This document shows, piece by piece, positions 19,115-31,101 of a stretch of 32,000 nt of DNA (its first letter is position 1; each line of letters starts with the position of its first letter). Position numbers and translations under genes: made by a program. Source of the DNA: Cylindrospermopsis raciborskii Cr2010 (GTDB lineage: Bacteria > Cyanobacteriota > Cyanobacteriia > Cyanobacteriales > Nostocaceae); the NCBI RefSeq assembly GCF_003367075.2, contig NZ_CP065936.1, positions 1,920,001-1,952,000 on the forward strand, given 5' to 3'. The notes beneath the pieces were generated by a model. That model saw only the letters and a list, made by a program, of their open reading frames with translations. It searched no databases and was not told where the DNA came from.

Positions 19115-20335
19115 CTATGGTGCAAGTGCATTACCACGTAATAAACTGCCAATGGTCTTAGCCGTAATTTTTAACTGGGTGATTGGATTAGCTGGAACTA
19201 CGGTTTTATATAAATAGCTGTCAAAAGTCAGCTTTTGAACATCCATGTCATCACACATTTCTACAAATGCTTCTCTGGTAGCATCTGAGCGGTAGAACAC
19301 GGTTTGTAACAGGTCCAATACTTTATAGGTAAGTCCGTATTTTTTATCCCAACGCTTAATATAAAGTTTTAATTCCCTTTCACTAGGAATGCGCGCTCCA
19401 CTATTGGATATTTCTACAATAGTCTCCGCACACATTCTTCCAGATTTAGCAGCAAAGTAAATACCTTCGCCCGAGGATTTGGTGACGTAACCAGCAGCAT
19501 CACCTACTAAAGCAATTCGACCTACTACCCGACGTGGACGGGGATGTTCCGGTATGGGATGGGCTTCTACCTTAATGATTGTACCTCCAGCCAATTTTTC
19601 CGCTGCACGGGCGCGAATACCAGCCTGTAACTGTTTAATACTGGCTTTATTCACATGCATGGTTCCAGTACCCACAGCTACGTGGTCATACTTGGGAAAG
19701 ATCCAAGCGTAAAAATCTGTGGAAACATCATCTCCTACATACATCTCCGCTAGGTTGTTATAGTATGCCATTTTATCTTCAGGAAGACGAATTCTCTCCT
19801 GAAAGGCGATCGCATAATTATAGTCCCCAGCATCCATTTCTTTGGCAATACGGGAGTTGGCACCATCTGCACCAATAATTAAATCCACCTTGAGAGTTTT
19901 GGCCACGCCAACAGATCCACCCTCATTGTGATCAACATAATGAATTGTATAGGGGTCAGAATTATTATTAGGTATATCTAATTTATGCACAGTGGCATTA
20001 ATTAAGTTAGCACCCAATTTAGCGGCCCGGTTTCTTAAAAAACCATCTAGGACCTCTCTGCGACACATTCCTATATATTCTTCTTGGTTGATCAGATTGA
20101 TATCAACCTCCCGGTTAGAGGGGGAGATCATCTTCATATTCCGTACCCGACGGTCAATAATGTCCGCTGGTAGATCAAACTCACTAACCATACAAAGGGG
20201 GATAGCACCACCACAAGGTTTAGCATTATCCAACTTACGCTCAAATAAATAAGTTTCAATCCCTGCTTTAGCTAAAGTTTCAGCAGCAGATGAACCAGCT
20301 GGGCCAGAACCCACAACAGCAACTCGTAATGTCAA
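19115..20335 (-). CDS. chlP: Geranylgeranyl reductase
   Basis: FAD motif VAVVGSGPAGSSAAETLAKAG; 406-aa full-length match to the known ChlP pattern (RVVGRIALVGDAAGYVTKSSGEGIYFAAKSGRM). Confidence 0.95.
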   Translation of the reverse strand: MTLRVAVVGSGPAGSSAAETLAKAGIETYLFERKLDNAKPCGGAIPLCMVSEFDLPADIIDRRVRNMKMISPSNREVDINLINQEEYIGMCRREVLDGFLRNRAAKLGANLINATVHKLDIPNNNSDPYTIHYVDHNEGGSVGVAKTLKVDLIIGADGANSRIAKEMDAGDYNYAIAFQERIRLPEDKMAYYNNLAEMYVGDDVSTDFYAWIFPKYDHVAVGTGTMHVNKASIKQLQAGIRARAAEKLAGGTIIKVEAHPIPEHPRPRRVVGRIALVGDAAGYVTKSSGEGIYFAAKSGRMCAETIVEISNSGARIPSERELKLYIKRWDKKYGLTYKVLDLLQTVFYRSDATREAFVEMCDDMDVQKLTFDSYLYKTVVPANPITQLKITAKTIGSLLRGNALAP

Positions 20336-20580
20336 AGGTTTACTCCTAATCCTTCAATTTACCAGAGAATCCTAGCACACACCTTCCTGGGTTCGACCTT
20401 TTCGCTCCTAGGTTTTCACATAATTGCAACATTCCTTCATACTTCGTCATAAATACCTACCCCCACTCCCAGCAAAATTGACCAGTAAAATTGAGAAATT
20501 GTGATATGGATATGTGATATAAATAAAATTACATTAATCCTAGTTGCAAACCGTAGATTAGTAAGAGAGGTATCAAGCTA

Positions 20581-21597
20581 ATGGGTATAGTAGTAGAGAA
20601 CGTGTCTAAATACTTTGGGAGTTTTCATGCTGTTGAGGATGTGAGCTTAGAAATTGCCAGCGGATCACTAGTAGCTTTACTTGGACCCTCTGGGTCTGGC
20701 AAGTCCACATTATTGCGACTAATAGCAGGACTGGAAACACCGGACCAGGGTAAAATCTTTTTAACAGGTAAAGATGCTACTTATCAGAGTGTGCAGGAAA
20801 GAAACATTGGCTTTGTCTTTCAGCACTATGCACTATTTAAACATTTAACTGTCAGGCAAAATATAGCATTTGGGTTAGAAATCCGCAAGTTGGCAAAAAA
20901 GAAAATTCAGGGTAGGGTAGAGCAATTACTAGATCTAGTTCAATTGAGTGGATTAGGAGAGCGTTATCCCTCCCAACTTTCTGGTGGACAAAGACAAAGA
21001 GTAGCTTTAGCAAGAGCATTAGCGGTAGAACCTAAAGTGCTACTGCTAGATGAACCATTTGGAGCCCTGGATGCTAAAGTGCGTAAAGACCTACGTGCTT
21101 GGTTGCGTCGTCTCCATGAAGAAGTTAGTGTTACCACTGTTTTTGTCACCCACGACCAAGAAGAAGCTATGGAAGTTGCTAATAAAATTGTGATCATCAA
21201 TCAGGGTAGACTGGAACAAATGGGAACCCCCGCAGAAATTTATGATCATCCCGCATCCGCTTTTGTTATGAGTTTTATTGGTCCTGTCAACGTTTTGCCC
21301 AGCTCTGCTCAAATATTTCAAGGTAGTGGTTTTGACTCACCTAACCCAGAAGTGTTTTTACGTCCCCAAGATGTGATTATAGAAAAAGCTGGTAATGGAA
21401 CCAATACAACTGCGATAGTTCACCGTATCATTCACCTGGGTTGGGAAGTGCAAGTGGAATTGACTTTAGATGATGGACAAACTTTTACTGCCTATTTAAG
21501 TCGTGAACGATTTGATGAATTAAGTTTGGAACCAAAAGAACGAGTATATGTAAAACCCAAGGATGCCAAATCTTTTCCTCTCTATTATTCAATTTGA
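20581..21597 (+). CDS. cysA: ABC transporter ATP-binding protein, CysA/sulfate-type
   Basis: [44 protein letters not shown], plus C-terminal TOBE-like region. Confidence 0.85.
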   Translation: MGIVVENVSKYFGSFHAVEDVSLEIASGSLVALLGPSGSGKSTLLRLIAGLETPDQGKIFLTGKDATYQSVQERNIGFVFQHYALFKHLTVRQNIAFGLEIRKLAKKKIQGRVEQLLDLVQLSGLGERYPSQLSGGQRQRVALARALAVEPKVLLLDEPFGALDAKVRKDLRAWLRRLHEEVSVTTVFVTHDQEEAMEVANKIVIINQGRLEQMGTPAEIYDHPASAFVMSFIGPVNVLPSSAQIFQGSGFDSPNPEVFLRPQDVIIEKAGNGTNTTAIVHRIIHLGWEVQVELTLDDGQTFTAYLSRERFDELSLEPKERVYVKPKDAKSFPLYYSI

Positions 21598-21612
21598 CGT
21601 ATTTTAGGGTGT

Positions 21613-22512
21613 TTATTCTCCAGCATGATAGGAACTACGTACTAGGGGACCAGATCGCACGTGGCTAAACCCCATACTTGTTGCTAACTGACCCAATTGT
21701 GCAAATTCTGCTGGAGTCCAATACTTTTGGACTGGTAAATGTTCCCAGGAAGGACGCATATACTGACCCAGGGTGATTCTATCACATCCTACAGCTCGTA
21801 GGTCTAGCATAGTTTCAACTATTTCCTCTTGGGTTTCTCCATGGCCCAACATTAAACCCGACTTAGTAGGGACAGCAGCATCAATTTCTTTAACCGTTGC
21901 TAATACATTTAGAGAACGGTCATATTTAGCGCCCCGACGCACGGATCCTGTTAAACTGCGTACTGTTTCCACATTGTGATTATAACAAACAGGTTTAGCG
22001 TGAACAACAGTGGCTATTCTTTGCTTTTGACCTATTTCACCCACACCTGCACCACCCCAAAAATCCGGTGTTAAAACCTCGATTTGGGTTTCTGGATTAA
22101 CTAGACGAATGGCCTGCATAGTCTTGACAAAATGTCCTGATCCTGCATCCGCTAGGTCATCACGAGCTACAGAGGTGAGTACAACATACTTCAAATCCAA
22201 CAATTGTACTGCTTCAGCCACTTTTTGGGGTTCTTCTGTATCTAGGGGCATAGGTGAATGGCCTTTATCTACTTGACAAAAAGCACAAGCTCTAGTGCAG
22301 GTAGGTCCCATGAGTAAAAAAGTAGCTGTTTTTTGAGAGTAGCATTCTCCGCGATTAGGACAGCGTCCCTCTTCGCAAATAGTATGAATTTGACGCTGTT
22401 TAATAATACGCTGTACGGTAGAGATTTCACTAGCTTTACCCAGAGGAGGACGTAACCAACTGGGTAGGGGGATAATTTTTGATTTTGGTTGACTACAACC
22501 TGCACTACTCAT
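21613..22512 (-). CDS. lipA: Lipoyl synthase
   Basis: CxxxxxC ([12 protein letters not shown]) and radical-SAM CTRACAFC motifs. Confidence 0.95.
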   Translation of the reverse strand: MSSAGCSQPKSKIIPLPSWLRPPLGKASEISTVQRIIKQRQIHTICEEGRCPNRGECYSQKTATFLLMGPTCTRACAFCQVDKGHSPMPLDTEEPQKVAEAVQLLDLKYVVLTSVARDDLADAGSGHFVKTMQAIRLVNPETQIEVLTPDFWGGAGVGEIGQKQRIATVVHAKPVCYNHNVETVRSLTGSVRRGAKYDRSLNVLATVKEIDAAVPTKSGLMLGHGETQEEIVETMLDLRAVGCDRITLGQYMRPSWEHLPVQKYWTPAEFAQLGQLATSMGFSHVRSGPLVRSSYHAGE

Positions 22513-22645
22513 ATTGAAAATCCTCTATAATAATAGATTAATAGTTCATGTTTATTTTAAATCTATTTCCTGTTCCCCAGACCCACTTGAGTTGAAATCA
22601 TCAGTTTTTGATCTTTAAGTAGGTGGGTGGAATTAAATATAAGAT

Positions 22646-22673
22646 GAACGTAGGTTGGGTTTAATATGAAACT
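22646..22673. repeat. Short dispersed hairpin of the GTAGGTTGGGTTT...AAACTCAAC type
   Basis: gtaggttgggtttaatatgaaactcaac, an imperfect inverted repeat. Confidence 0.4.
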
Positions 22674-22714
22674 CAACACCCCCATCGGTTACGCCATCGC
22701 CCCTACAAATAATT

Positions 22715-23536
22715 GTGCCTCCCTACTTAAACCAAACCATGACAGTAAATCATCCTACAATTTTAGCCCTGGACTTTGATGGAGTCATTTGTGACGGACT
22801 CCTTGAATACTTTGAGGTGGCGTGGCGCACCTACTGCCAATTTTGTCCATCCCAGGAAGAAATAATACCGGATGATTTAGCTTTGAGATTTTATCGTCTC
22901 CGTCCTGTGATTGAAACCGGTTGGGAAATGCCTATTTTGATTAAAGCTATAATTGATGGTTTTTCTGATGATCAGATCCTACAAGACTGGCCAAAAATTG
23001 TCCTAGAGATCTTAAAAACATCCCATTTATCATCTCAGGAAGTTGGTAAGAAACTGGATGGTTTGCGTGACCAGTGGATATCCACAGATTTAGACGGGTG
23101 GTTGGGATTACATAGATTTTATCCAGGAGTGATAGAACGATTAAAGGTTACCATTGATAGTGAAGTGGAATTATTCATTGTTACCACTAAAGAGGGACGT
23201 TTTGTCAAGCAATTGTTAGAACAAGAGGGGGTTAATTTACCAGAAAAGGCAATTTTTGGTAAAGAAGTAAAACTTCCTAAATACGAAATTTTACGAAAAT
23301 TAATTCCTGCAACAGAACATCAACCAGCAAGATTATGGTTTGTGGAAGATAGATTGAAAACTCTACAACTGGTTCAACAACAATCGGATTTAGACAAGGT
23401 GGGGCTTTTTTTAGCAGATTGGGGTTATAATACCCAATCAGAAAGAGAAGCTGGACAAAATGACCCGCGCATTCAGTTGCTCCCACTTTCTCGCTTTGTG
23501 CAAGATTTTTCTAAGTGGTTAATATCCAGTTCCTGA
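22715..23536 (+). CDS. HAD-family hydrolase
   Basis: LALDFDGVICD, IVTTKEGR, FVEDRLKTL. Confidence 0.85.
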   Translation: MPPYLNQTMTVNHPTILALDFDGVICDGLLEYFEVAWRTYCQFCPSQEEIIPDDLALRFYRLRPVIETGWEMPILIKAIIDGFSDDQILQDWPKIVLEILKTSHLSSQEVGKKLDGLRDQWISTDLDGWLGLHRFYPGVIERLKVTIDSEVELFIVTTKEGRFVKQLLEQEGVNLPEKAIFGKEVKLPKYEILRKLIPATEHQPARLWFVEDRLKTLQLVQQQSDLDKVGLFLADWGYNTQSEREAGQNDPRIQLLPLSRFVQDFSKWLISSS

Positions 23537-23560
23537 TCCCACCACCTCTTGATGTGAATA

Positions 23561-24736
23561 ATGTTAGATTTAACAAAACTAGCTGGGCAAATGCAGGGTT
23601 TAAGCCAGCACCTTTGCTCTGAAGTAGCTGAAAGTAACCGTAAGTTGGAATTAGCAAAGGAAAATTTAAAAAAGGCTTGCGAGTGTCAAGAAGAAATAGT
23701 CAAGCGTCAGGAAAAATGGCGCGATCGCATTACTTTTGCCAATGCTACACCCATAGAACCTTTAGACACCTGTATTCAAATTTCTACTCCCCCAAAAGTA
23801 CATACTATAATTGCTACGGACGGTTCTCAAATTGCTCCTAACCATCATGAAATTGCCTATTGCTACTTACTAAATATAGGGAGAGTGGTTTTATATTATG
23901 GACAAAATCGTCATCCCCTGCTAGACAGTTTACCAGAGATATTTTACCGAGAAGAAGACCTATATATTGCTCGTCAATGGGGTTTAAAAACCGAAGAATG
24001 GATGAGTCATTGCCGAACTGCTTCGGAAATTACGGTACTATCTGACCTAGCCTGTAGCATAAAAAACGAGCATCCCTCTCTAGCGATGGTAGATGGCTCT
24101 CTAATATATTGGTTTTTAGAACAGCTACCACTAGAAGCCAGAGATCAAATTTTACCACCTATCTTAGAAGCTTGGGGAAAGTTACGTCAAGCAGGAATCC
24201 CCATAGTTGGATATCTAAGTGCAGCTCGTAACAACGAAGCGAAAAATCTATTGCGTTTATTAAACTGTCCCTATCCCGTTCCTGACTGTATTAACTATTG
24301 TCCAGACCAACTAGATTACGTTCCCTGTAAAAAATTTGAAGGTTTGCGAGACACCACATTATGGGCCACCCAACTCCAACCTGGTCAAAGGAGCGCATTG
24401 TGGCGAAGCAATTCCCGGATTCTACAATTATATGATGATCAAGTCATTTACTTTTGTTATTTGCATGTAGGCACAGAAATCGCCAGAATTGAGTTTCCAG
24501 CATGGGTAGTCAATGACCCTGGGATGATAGATCAAGCTCTGGGACTCGTATTGGCACAAATACAAAAGGGGTATGGCTATCCAGTAGCGATCGCGGAAGC
24601 ACATAATCAAGCAGTAGTTAGAAGTGGGGATAGAAATCACTTCTTCGCCCTTTTAGAAAGGGAGATGATTAAAGCGGGAATTAAAAATGTTAGTATTTCC
24701 TATAAAGAAGCCAGGAAGAGGGGGAGTATTGCTTAA
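23561..24736 (+). CDS. NurA-domain nuclease
   Basis: IIATDGSQIAPNHHEIAYCYLLNIG and MVDGSLIYWFLE carry the acidic residues of NurA; C-terminal AEAHNQAVV. Confidence 0.8.
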   Translation: MLDLTKLAGQMQGLSQHLCSEVAESNRKLELAKENLKKACECQEEIVKRQEKWRDRITFANATPIEPLDTCIQISTPPKVHTIIATDGSQIAPNHHEIAYCYLLNIGRVVLYYGQNRHPLLDSLPEIFYREEDLYIARQWGLKTEEWMSHCRTASEITVLSDLACSIKNEHPSLAMVDGSLIYWFLEQLPLEARDQILPPILEAWGKLRQAGIPIVGYLSAARNNEAKNLLRLLNCPYPVPDCINYCPDQLDYVPCKKFEGLRDTTLWATQLQPGQRSALWRSNSRILQLYDDQVIYFCYLHVGTEIARIEFPAWVVNDPGMIDQALGLVLAQIQKGYGYPVAIAEAHNQAVVRSGDRNHFFALLEREMIKAGIKNVSISYKEARKRGSIA

Positions 24737-24766
24737 CATTGTCCCCATTTCCACCTTGTTCCCTAT

Positions 24767-25858
24767 CTAAACATTAAATCGGAATAACATCACATCTCCC
24801 TCTTGCACAATGTATTCCTTACCCTCACTTCTGACCAGACCCTTTTCCTTAGCAGCATTTATAGATCCATGGGTAACCAGATCATCATAAGCAACGGTTT
24901 CTGCGCGAATAAATCCCCGCTCAAAATCAGAGTGAATGACACCCGCTGCTTGAGGTGCGGACATTCCTGCATGAATAGTCCAAGCGCGGGTCTCCTTGGG
25001 TCCAGAGGTGAAATATGTCCGTAGACCTAAAAGAGCATAGGTAGCACGAATCAAAGATTTGAGACCACCCTCTTGCACACCTAAAGATGCTAAAAAGTCA
25101 AACTTATCTGCATCAGGTAATTCCACTAACTCAGCTTCCACCTGAGCGGAGACTATTACCACTTGAGCATTTTCCTGTGCTGCAACTGCTCGTACCTTCT
25201 CCACAAAGTCATTACCTGTAGCTAAGTCATCCTCAGCTACATTAGCAGCATAGATAATCGGTTTACTAGTCAGCAGTCCTAGGTTTTTAATCACCCCAGC
25301 TTCTTCTGGAGTTAAACTGACTTGACGAACCAATTTACCTTCGTTGAGAGCTGCTACTAATTTGTCTAAAACCGTAATTTCAAATTGTGCATCTTTACTA
25401 GTCCGTGCCAGCTTGCGTGATCTTTCTATGCGTCTTTCAATTTGAGCTAGATCTGACAAACCTAGTTCCAAATTAATAATGTCAATATCCCGTACTGGAT
25501 CCACCGAACCACTAACGTGAATAATATCATCATTTTCAAAACAACGGACCACATGCACTATAGCATCCACTTCCCGGATGTGAGACAAAAATTGATTTCC
25601 CAACCCTTCACCCTGACTAGCACCCTTCACCAAACCAGCAATATCCACAAATTCAACCCGTGCAGGTATAATTTGTTCAGAGCTGGCCAGTTTGGCCAGG
25701 ACGTTTAACCGATCATCCGGTACTGCAACAACGCCTACATTCGGTTCTATGGTGCAAAATGGAAAGTTAGCAGCTTCCGCTTTAGCGTTAGCGACTACAG
25801 CGTTAAATAGAGTTGATTTTCCGACGTTGGGAAGTCCAACTATTCCAGCTTTTAGCAT
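24767..25858 (-). CDS. ychF: Redox-regulated ATPase / OBG-family GTPase YchF
   Basis: MLKAGIVGLPNVGKSTLFNA; the ORF-track start 25969 adds 37 non-homologous residues. Confidence 0.95.
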   Translation of the reverse strand: MLKAGIVGLPNVGKSTLFNAVVANAKAEAANFPFCTIEPNVGVVAVPDDRLNVLAKLASSEQIIPARVEFVDIAGLVKGASQGEGLGNQFLSHIREVDAIVHVVRCFENDDIIHVSGSVDPVRDIDIINLELGLSDLAQIERRIERSRKLARTSKDAQFEITVLDKLVAALNEGKLVRQVSLTPEEAGVIKNLGLLTSKPIIYAANVAEDDLATGNDFVEKVRAVAAQENAQVVIVSAQVEAELVELPDADKFDFLASLGVQEGGLKSLIRATYALLGLRTYFTSGPKETRAWTIHAGMSAPQAAGVIHSDFERGFIRAETVAYDDLVTHGSINAAKEKGLVRSEGKEYIVQEGDVMLFRFNV

Positions 25859-26026
25859 TGTAAATTTGTAGATAATTAATGTAAAAATTCCCACAACTGG
25901 AAGCTGGAGGATTTTTGCTTCCCGGGAACTTTTATGAGTTCCTTTTGTAACTATATCCCCAGCAAGCATTTTTGGGCTTGATATTCCTGTGATCTAGTTT
26001 ATGCTTTATTTAACCCTCTAAATATT

Positions 26027-27772
26027 TTGCTTTTAATTTTAATTTCAACTACTATGATTATGCCATCACCCATTAACCTTGGAACTATTCTCCAAAATCG
26101 CTACCATATTATTCGTCTTTTGGGACAGGGGGGATTTGGTAGAACCTATCTAGCAGAAGACCAAGGACGTTTTAACGAACTTTGCGCTATCAAGGAATTG
26201 GTTATTTTAGAACCAGATTCATACGAGGGTAAAAAAGCTCAAGAATTGTTTGATCGGGAAGCATCCATACTATATCAAATTGATCACCCCCAAATTCCTA
26301 AGTTTCGAGAAAAATTTGCCCAAGACCAACGGTTGTTCCTAGTACAGGATTTCGTGGGAGGGAAAACCTACCATACTATCTTAAATGAACGTCGTACTCA
26401 AGGTCAAAGTTTTACTCAAGCAGAAGTGCTATATTTATTACAATCCTTATTACCGATTTTAGAGTATATTCACAAAGCTAAGATCATTCACCGGGATATT
26501 TCCCCCGATAATTTAATCTTGCGCAGCACAGACCAAAAACCTGTGTTAATTGATTTTGGTGTTGTTAAAGAAGTAGCAACTAGATTGTCAAATTCTTCAA
26601 CTCATCAGGCTACTACAGTAGGTAAACTAGGATATTCCCCCATAGAACAAGTCCAAACCGGAAAGGCTTATCCTAATAGTGATTTGTATGCACTGGCTGT
26701 TACAGCTATAGTTCTCCTCACCGGAAAAGAACCAGCAGATCTATTTGATGAAACTACTTTTGTTTGGAAATGGCAGCACTGGGTACAAGTTAGTCCCAAG
26801 TTCGCTCAGGTGTTAAATCGCATGTTAAGTCGTATGCCAGGCGATCGCTATCAAACTGCTAAGGAAGTTCTTCTTGATTTAACTAATTTAGAAGTCTCAA
26901 GTCCGTTAAACCCTGGGGATCCTAATCTATCCTATTTACCTACTCTTGCTATTAGTCATCCATCTCCCACCCCAACTAACTCACCTGAACCAGTAATATC
27001 ACCTCATACTAATAGTTCTATTTTAGACAATACTTTGGCCATGGTCGCCATTGGTGGTTTTGTAGTTATTTTGGCGGGATTTAGTTCTTGGTCCCTAGTT
27101 AATTACCTTCGTGGTCAAAGGTTATCTCCCCCCACCACACCCCAGAATTTTGATTCTCCTGTAATTCCCAGATCTACCCCCAATTCCACATTTACACCCA
27201 CACCTAGCAAAACGGAACCACGGAATTTAGCATGGGATTCATCTAATAATGCTAATGAAGAAGGAATAATCAAATTTGGGGAAGTAATTGAATACAGTTT
27301 TAGAGGTAGTCCAGGACAAAAGCTCACCATAGCAGTTAATGAGGAAAGTGGCGTTTTATTAACTATTCTTACTGCTGACGGTCAACCCCTCAGCACCGAT
27401 GCTCAACAAGTGACCAGCTATGAAAGAGTCTTGACAAGTAGGGGTAGGTTAACCATCCAACTTACTTTGTCTACAACAGTTTCTGAAAGTAACTATAGTC
27501 TATCTGTCGCTTTAGAAAATCCCATTAAACGAGCTCCTATTCCCCCTAGAAATACCATTCCTCCCAGAACTACCATTCCCACCCCCCTGGAAACTATTAT
27601 TCCTACCCCTACCCCTATTCCTACGGAAACTCCCGTTCCTACCCTAACCCCCGCTCCCTTAGAAGATCCTATTCCCACCCCCACAACCACACCTATTCCT
27701 ACACCCATTCCCACACCTATTCCCACAGAAGAACCAACAATTGTGCCAACTATTAGTGAGGATGGGGTTTAA
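26027..27772 (+). CDS. Serine/threonine protein kinase with a Pro/Thr-rich tail
   Basis: [32 protein letters not shown]; one TM ([22 protein letters not shown]); tail of PTPTPIPTP repeats. Confidence 0.93.
   Translation: MLLILISTTMIMPSPINLGTILQNRYHIIRLLGQGGFGRTYLAEDQGRFNELCAIKELVILEPDSYEGKKAQELFDREASILYQIDHPQIPKFREKFAQDQRLFLVQDFVGGKTYHTILNERRTQGQSFTQAEVLYLLQSLLPILEYIHKAKIIHRDISPDNLILRSTDQKPVLIDFGVVKEVATRLSNSSTHQATTVGKLGYSPIEQVQTGKAYPNSDLYALAVTAIVLLTGKEPADLFDETTFVWKWQHWVQVSPKFAQVLNRMLSRMPGDRYQTAKEVLLDLTNLEVSSPLNPGDPNLSYLPTLAISHPSPTPTNSPEPVISPHTNSSILDNTLAMVAIGGFVVILAGFSSWSLVNYLRGQRLSPPTTPQNFDSPVIPRSTPNSTFTPTPSKTEPRNLAWDSSNNANEEGIIKFGEVIEYSFRGSPGQKLTIAVNEESGVLLTILTADGQPLSTDAQQVTSYERVLTSRGRLTIQLTLSTTVSESNYSLSVALENPIKRAPIPPRNTIPPRTTIPTPLETIIPTPTPIPTETPVPTLTPAPLEDPIPTPTTTPIPTPIPTPIPTEEPTIVPTISEDGV
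27560..27745 (+). repeat. Low-complexity Pro/Thr-encoding hexanucleotide tract
   Basis: Repeated cctacccccacccct / attcctaca units encoding [10 protein letters not shown]. Confidence 0.8.
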
Positions 27773-29007
27773 TTCTGCGGTATTAAGAAGTTCTCCACGC
27801 ATCTCACAAAGATTTCTACCCCCATTGCTAAAGCTATTTCATCAAAGTCAAAGCGGGGATGGTGATGGGGGTAGTTTAACTGTTTTTCAGGATTAGCAGA
27901 ACCTAAAAAGAAATAACAACCTGGAACTTCTTGCAAGAAAAATGACATATCCTCACTACCCATAATTTGACATTCAGGGATAATATTCCCAGGTGTTTCT
28001 ACCACTTGTTCTGCTACTTTTCTCACCAATTGTGCCATCCCCCCATCATTGATTACAGGGGGATAAAGATGTGTATATTCTAACTCGTAATTAGCTCCAT
28101 GACTTTCACAAATCCCCCGGATAATTTCCGTGATTCTCTGCTTGAAAAATTCTGCCAATTGACCATTAAAATACCTCACTGACCCGCTCATTCTCGCAGT
28201 ATCAGCAATTACGTTCATCCTTGTACCAGCATGAAGTTCACCAATGGTCACCACTGCTGAATCCAGGGGGTTGACATTCCGAGCTACAATAGTTTGTAAA
28301 GCACTCACAATCTGAGCTACAACCACAACCGAATCAATGGTCTGATGAGGTAAAGCTCCATGTCCACCCCTACCTAAAATTGTACAGTTAAAAAAGTCCA
28401 CCGCCGCCATAAAAGGACCTGGACGCACTCCCACAGTGCCCACCAACAGATCATTCCATAAGTGGAGACCAATAATAGCATCCACATCGGGATTTTTTAA
28501 TACTCCCGCATCAATCATTGGTTTAGCTCCACCAGGTCCTTCTTCTGCTGGTTGAAAGATGATTTTTACCTGACCACTAAAGTCTTGACGGTGTTTTTGT
28601 AGGTAATATGCTGTTCCCAATGCGATCGCAGTATGTCCATCATGTCCACAGGCGTGCATTATTCCATCCCGTTGGGAACAGTAGGATACCTTATTTTCTT
28701 CTTGAACTGGCAATGCGTCCATATCAGCACGAATGGCTAAAACCTTACCAGTGGCGGATTTTGCTCCTGTGATTGTAGCCACAATACCAGTTTGGGCAAT
28801 ACCGGTTTGATGCTCTATTCCCCAGGATTGTAACTGATGAGAAATAAACTGAGCGGTTAGTTTTTCTTGAAACCCTAATTCTGGTTTTTGATGTATTTTA
28901 CGTCTCCATTCTATCAGTTGTGGTAACAGTGCACGGATTTGTAAGCGTACCTTAGGTAGATTTTGAGTACCAGAATTAGGGAGAGTAGAAATCATGGTTA
29001 TAGTCAA
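27769..29007 (-). CDS. M20-family amidohydrolase/peptidase
   Basis: [46 protein letters not shown]. Confidence 0.93.
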   Translation of the reverse strand: MTITMISTLPNSGTQNLPKVRLQIRALLPQLIEWRRKIHQKPELGFQEKLTAQFISHQLQSWGIEHQTGIAQTGIVATITGAKSATGKVLAIRADMDALPVQEENKVSYCSQRDGIMHACGHDGHTAIALGTAYYLQKHRQDFSGQVKIIFQPAEEGPGGAKPMIDAGVLKNPDVDAIIGLHLWNDLLVGTVGVRPGPFMAAVDFFNCTILGRGGHGALPHQTIDSVVVVAQIVSALQTIVARNVNPLDSAVVTIGELHAGTRMNVIADTARMSGSVRYFNGQLAEFFKQRITEIIRGICESHGANYELEYTHLYPPVINDGGMAQLVRKVAEQVVETPGNIIPECQIMGSEDMSFFLQEVPGCYFFLGSANPEKQLNYPHHHPRFDFDEIALAMGVEIFVRCVENFLIPQN

Positions 29008-29084
29008 AATTATGAGTACGGGAAAATATTAGCACAAATTTTAGTATAGGTCAATGATACCTGGGGAATCTCTACCATTTCCAA

Positions 29085-29535
29085 TTATAAATTACGAGTA
29101 TATTTATGTTTTACCCCCGTGGGAAAATATTCCCTATCACCTGTAGCTTTTAATTCTACTTGTGGTCTTTGATATTCCCTAGGAACATAATTTGCAAACT
29201 CACTATTTAAACGTAACAATTGAGCAAGAATAGAAGTCAAGAACCGGGGCCAAAATGTGGGTTTTCCCGTTGAGCCAGAGGAGGCCGCTATCATATCACA
29301 ACCTCCTAACATGCCATCCTCACATAGTTCTGGCAAACTGTAAACAGAAATATAATTTTCTTTACAAATCACCGGTAATTTTTGGAAGTCCGCCAAAGTT
29401 TGAATTGTTTCCCCGTTGATCTTATGTGTCGCTAAAAACGATTGATAAGCTGGTACGGTGCTGGCTACGGTCTTAAATAGGTTAGTTGCTATTTCTTGAT
29501 GTGTAGTCTTTTCATGCTGTCTCAGTGTTTATTCT
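29085..29535 (-). pseudogene. Phenylacetate-CoA ligase-like gene fused across an internal deletion
   Basis: EIATNLFKTVASTVPAYQSFL...KLPVICKENYI...MIAASSGSTGKPTFWPRFLT joined directly to ILAQLLRLNSEFANYVPREYQRPQVELKATGDREYFPTGVKHKY. Confidence 0.65.
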
Positions 29536-29660
29536 AGGGGAGTAGAAACGAATTTTTCTAGTTGTTCAATAGCTTTTTTCGTTTTTAGGTTCATAATCAT
29601 CTAGGAGAGTAAATATTGAACGGTTTAATGCGATCGCGGATTTCCATGATTGAAATTTCC

Positions 29661-30623
29661 TTAATTACTCATTTCCAACATCCTTTGTATGGGTTTTAAT
29701 GCTTGAACACGAATCTTCTCTGACATGGTAATTTCTGGAGTCCGGTTGTTCATGGCTAAATATAGCTTCTCTAAGGTGTTTAATCTCATAAATGGGCACT
29801 CATTGCAATTACAGTTATTCTCAGCAGGAGCAGGGATAAAGTGTTTGCCCGGTGCTAATTTTTGCATCTGATGGATAATTCCTGGCTCCGTAGCAACTAT
29901 AAACTCCACAGCAGGGCTTTTTTGACAATAATTGAGGAGCGCAGCAGTAGAGCCAATATAATCAGCATGACGCAAAACACTGCTCTCACATTCTGGATGG
30001 GCGATCGCCTGGGCGTGAGGATGTGCAATTTTTAACTCAACTATTTTCTTTTCAGAGAAGGTTTCATGTACAATACAGCTACCCTGCCATAAAAGCATAT
30101 CCCTTCCTGTTTGTTGGCTTACGTATTTTCCCAGATTGCGATCAGGAGCAAAAATTATCCCTTGGTCTTTAGGTATTTGCTGAACAATTTTGACCGCGTT
30201 GGAACTGGTACAGATAATATCGCTCATAGCTTTTATTTCAGCGGAGCAGTTAATATAGGAGATAACTATATGATCTGGATGAGCGGCTTTAAATGCTGCA
30301 AACTTTTCCGGAGGACAACTGTCAGCGAGGGAACAACCAGCGTTTAAGTCTGGTAACAACACTAATTTATCAGGATTAAGGATTTTTGCCGTTTCCGCCA
30401 TAAAATGAACACCAGCAAATACAATCACATCCGCGCTGGTTTTTGCTGCTGCTTTTGCTAGTTGCAGAGAATCTCCAATAAAATCTGCTATATCCTGTAT
30501 ATCTGGTTCTTGATAATAGTGAGCTAGTATTACTGCATTTAATTCGGTTTTTAAATTATTAATGGCAGTAAATAAGTCCAGGGGTGGTTTGCTCTGGGTT
30601 CGAGTTAGTGTGGTTGTAAACAC
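29661..30623 (-). CDS. nadA: Quinolinate synthase A
   Basis: [31 protein letters not shown]-like [29 protein letters not shown]. Confidence 0.95.
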   Translation of the reverse strand: MFTTTLTRTQSKPPLDLFTAINNLKTELNAVILAHYYQEPDIQDIADFIGDSLQLAKAAAKTSADVIVFAGVHFMAETAKILNPDKLVLLPDLNAGCSLADSCPPEKFAAFKAAHPDHIVISYINCSAEIKAMSDIICTSSNAVKIVQQIPKDQGIIFAPDRNLGKYVSQQTGRDMLLWQGSCIVHETFSEKKIVELKIAHPHAQAIAHPECESSVLRHADYIGSTAALLNYCQKSPAVEFIVATEPGIIHQMQKLAPGKHFIPAPAENNCNCNECPFMRLNTLEKLYLAMNNRTPEITMSEKIRVQALKPIQRMLEMSN

Positions 30624-30736
30624 AATTAGGAACTACTTTTGATTACAAATTATTAACTTAGTTAATTATAGTAGTTTTTACCAAAAATGGTGAATGGTCA
30701 GGGAAATTTTCAGTTAAAATATGAAGGATTAACCTA

Positions 30737-31024
30737 CTAAAAACTCTCTTCCATTTTTCGTGCCAGTTCCACATCTAAATTACTAATAACATCACCTAGA
30801 TCATGGGTAGCGAGATTAACCACTACTCTGTTATAAACATTAAACCATTCTGGATGATGTCCTAGAGTATCAGCATAAACACCCACCTTGACCATCCAAC
30901 CCAAAGCAGTAGCAAAGTCTTTAAACTTATATTCTTTGGATAACTTACCCCCTTGAACTTGCCATCCGGGTAAACTTTTGAGAGCTTGGGCTATTTCGAT
31001 TTCGTTAAGTTTTTGTGCTGTCAT
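30737..31024 (-). CDS. 4a-hydroxytetrahydrobiopterin dehydratase
   Basis: YKFKDFATALGWMVKVGVYADTLGHHPEWFNVYNRVVVNLATHDLG. Confidence 0.93.
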   Translation of the reverse strand: MTAQKLNEIEIAQALKSLPGWQVQGGKLSKEYKFKDFATALGWMVKVGVYADTLGHHPEWFNVYNRVVVNLATHDLGDVISNLDVELARKMEESF

Positions 31025-31101
31025 GGTGTGAATTTACTATAAATTTACTACAAATCAAGGCCTATACCTAAAACTATAGCGGTTAGTTCCCATTTTTTCC
31101 T

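Noticed and set aside
19992-20252. Antisense ORFs inside chlP, and similar ones inside ychF, lipA, cysA, ylqF and tgt
   Set aside because: Contained opposite well-supported conserved genes, with no motifs or independent evidence of coding.
27493-27726. Minus [21 protein letters not shown]...
   Set aside because: Antisense of the Pro/Thr-rich kinase tail; low-complexity artefact.
29600-31100. Possible tRNA or riboswitch between nadA, the dehydratase gene and neighbours
   Set aside because: No cloverleaf or known riboswitch core could be supported by eye in these short AT-rich gaps.
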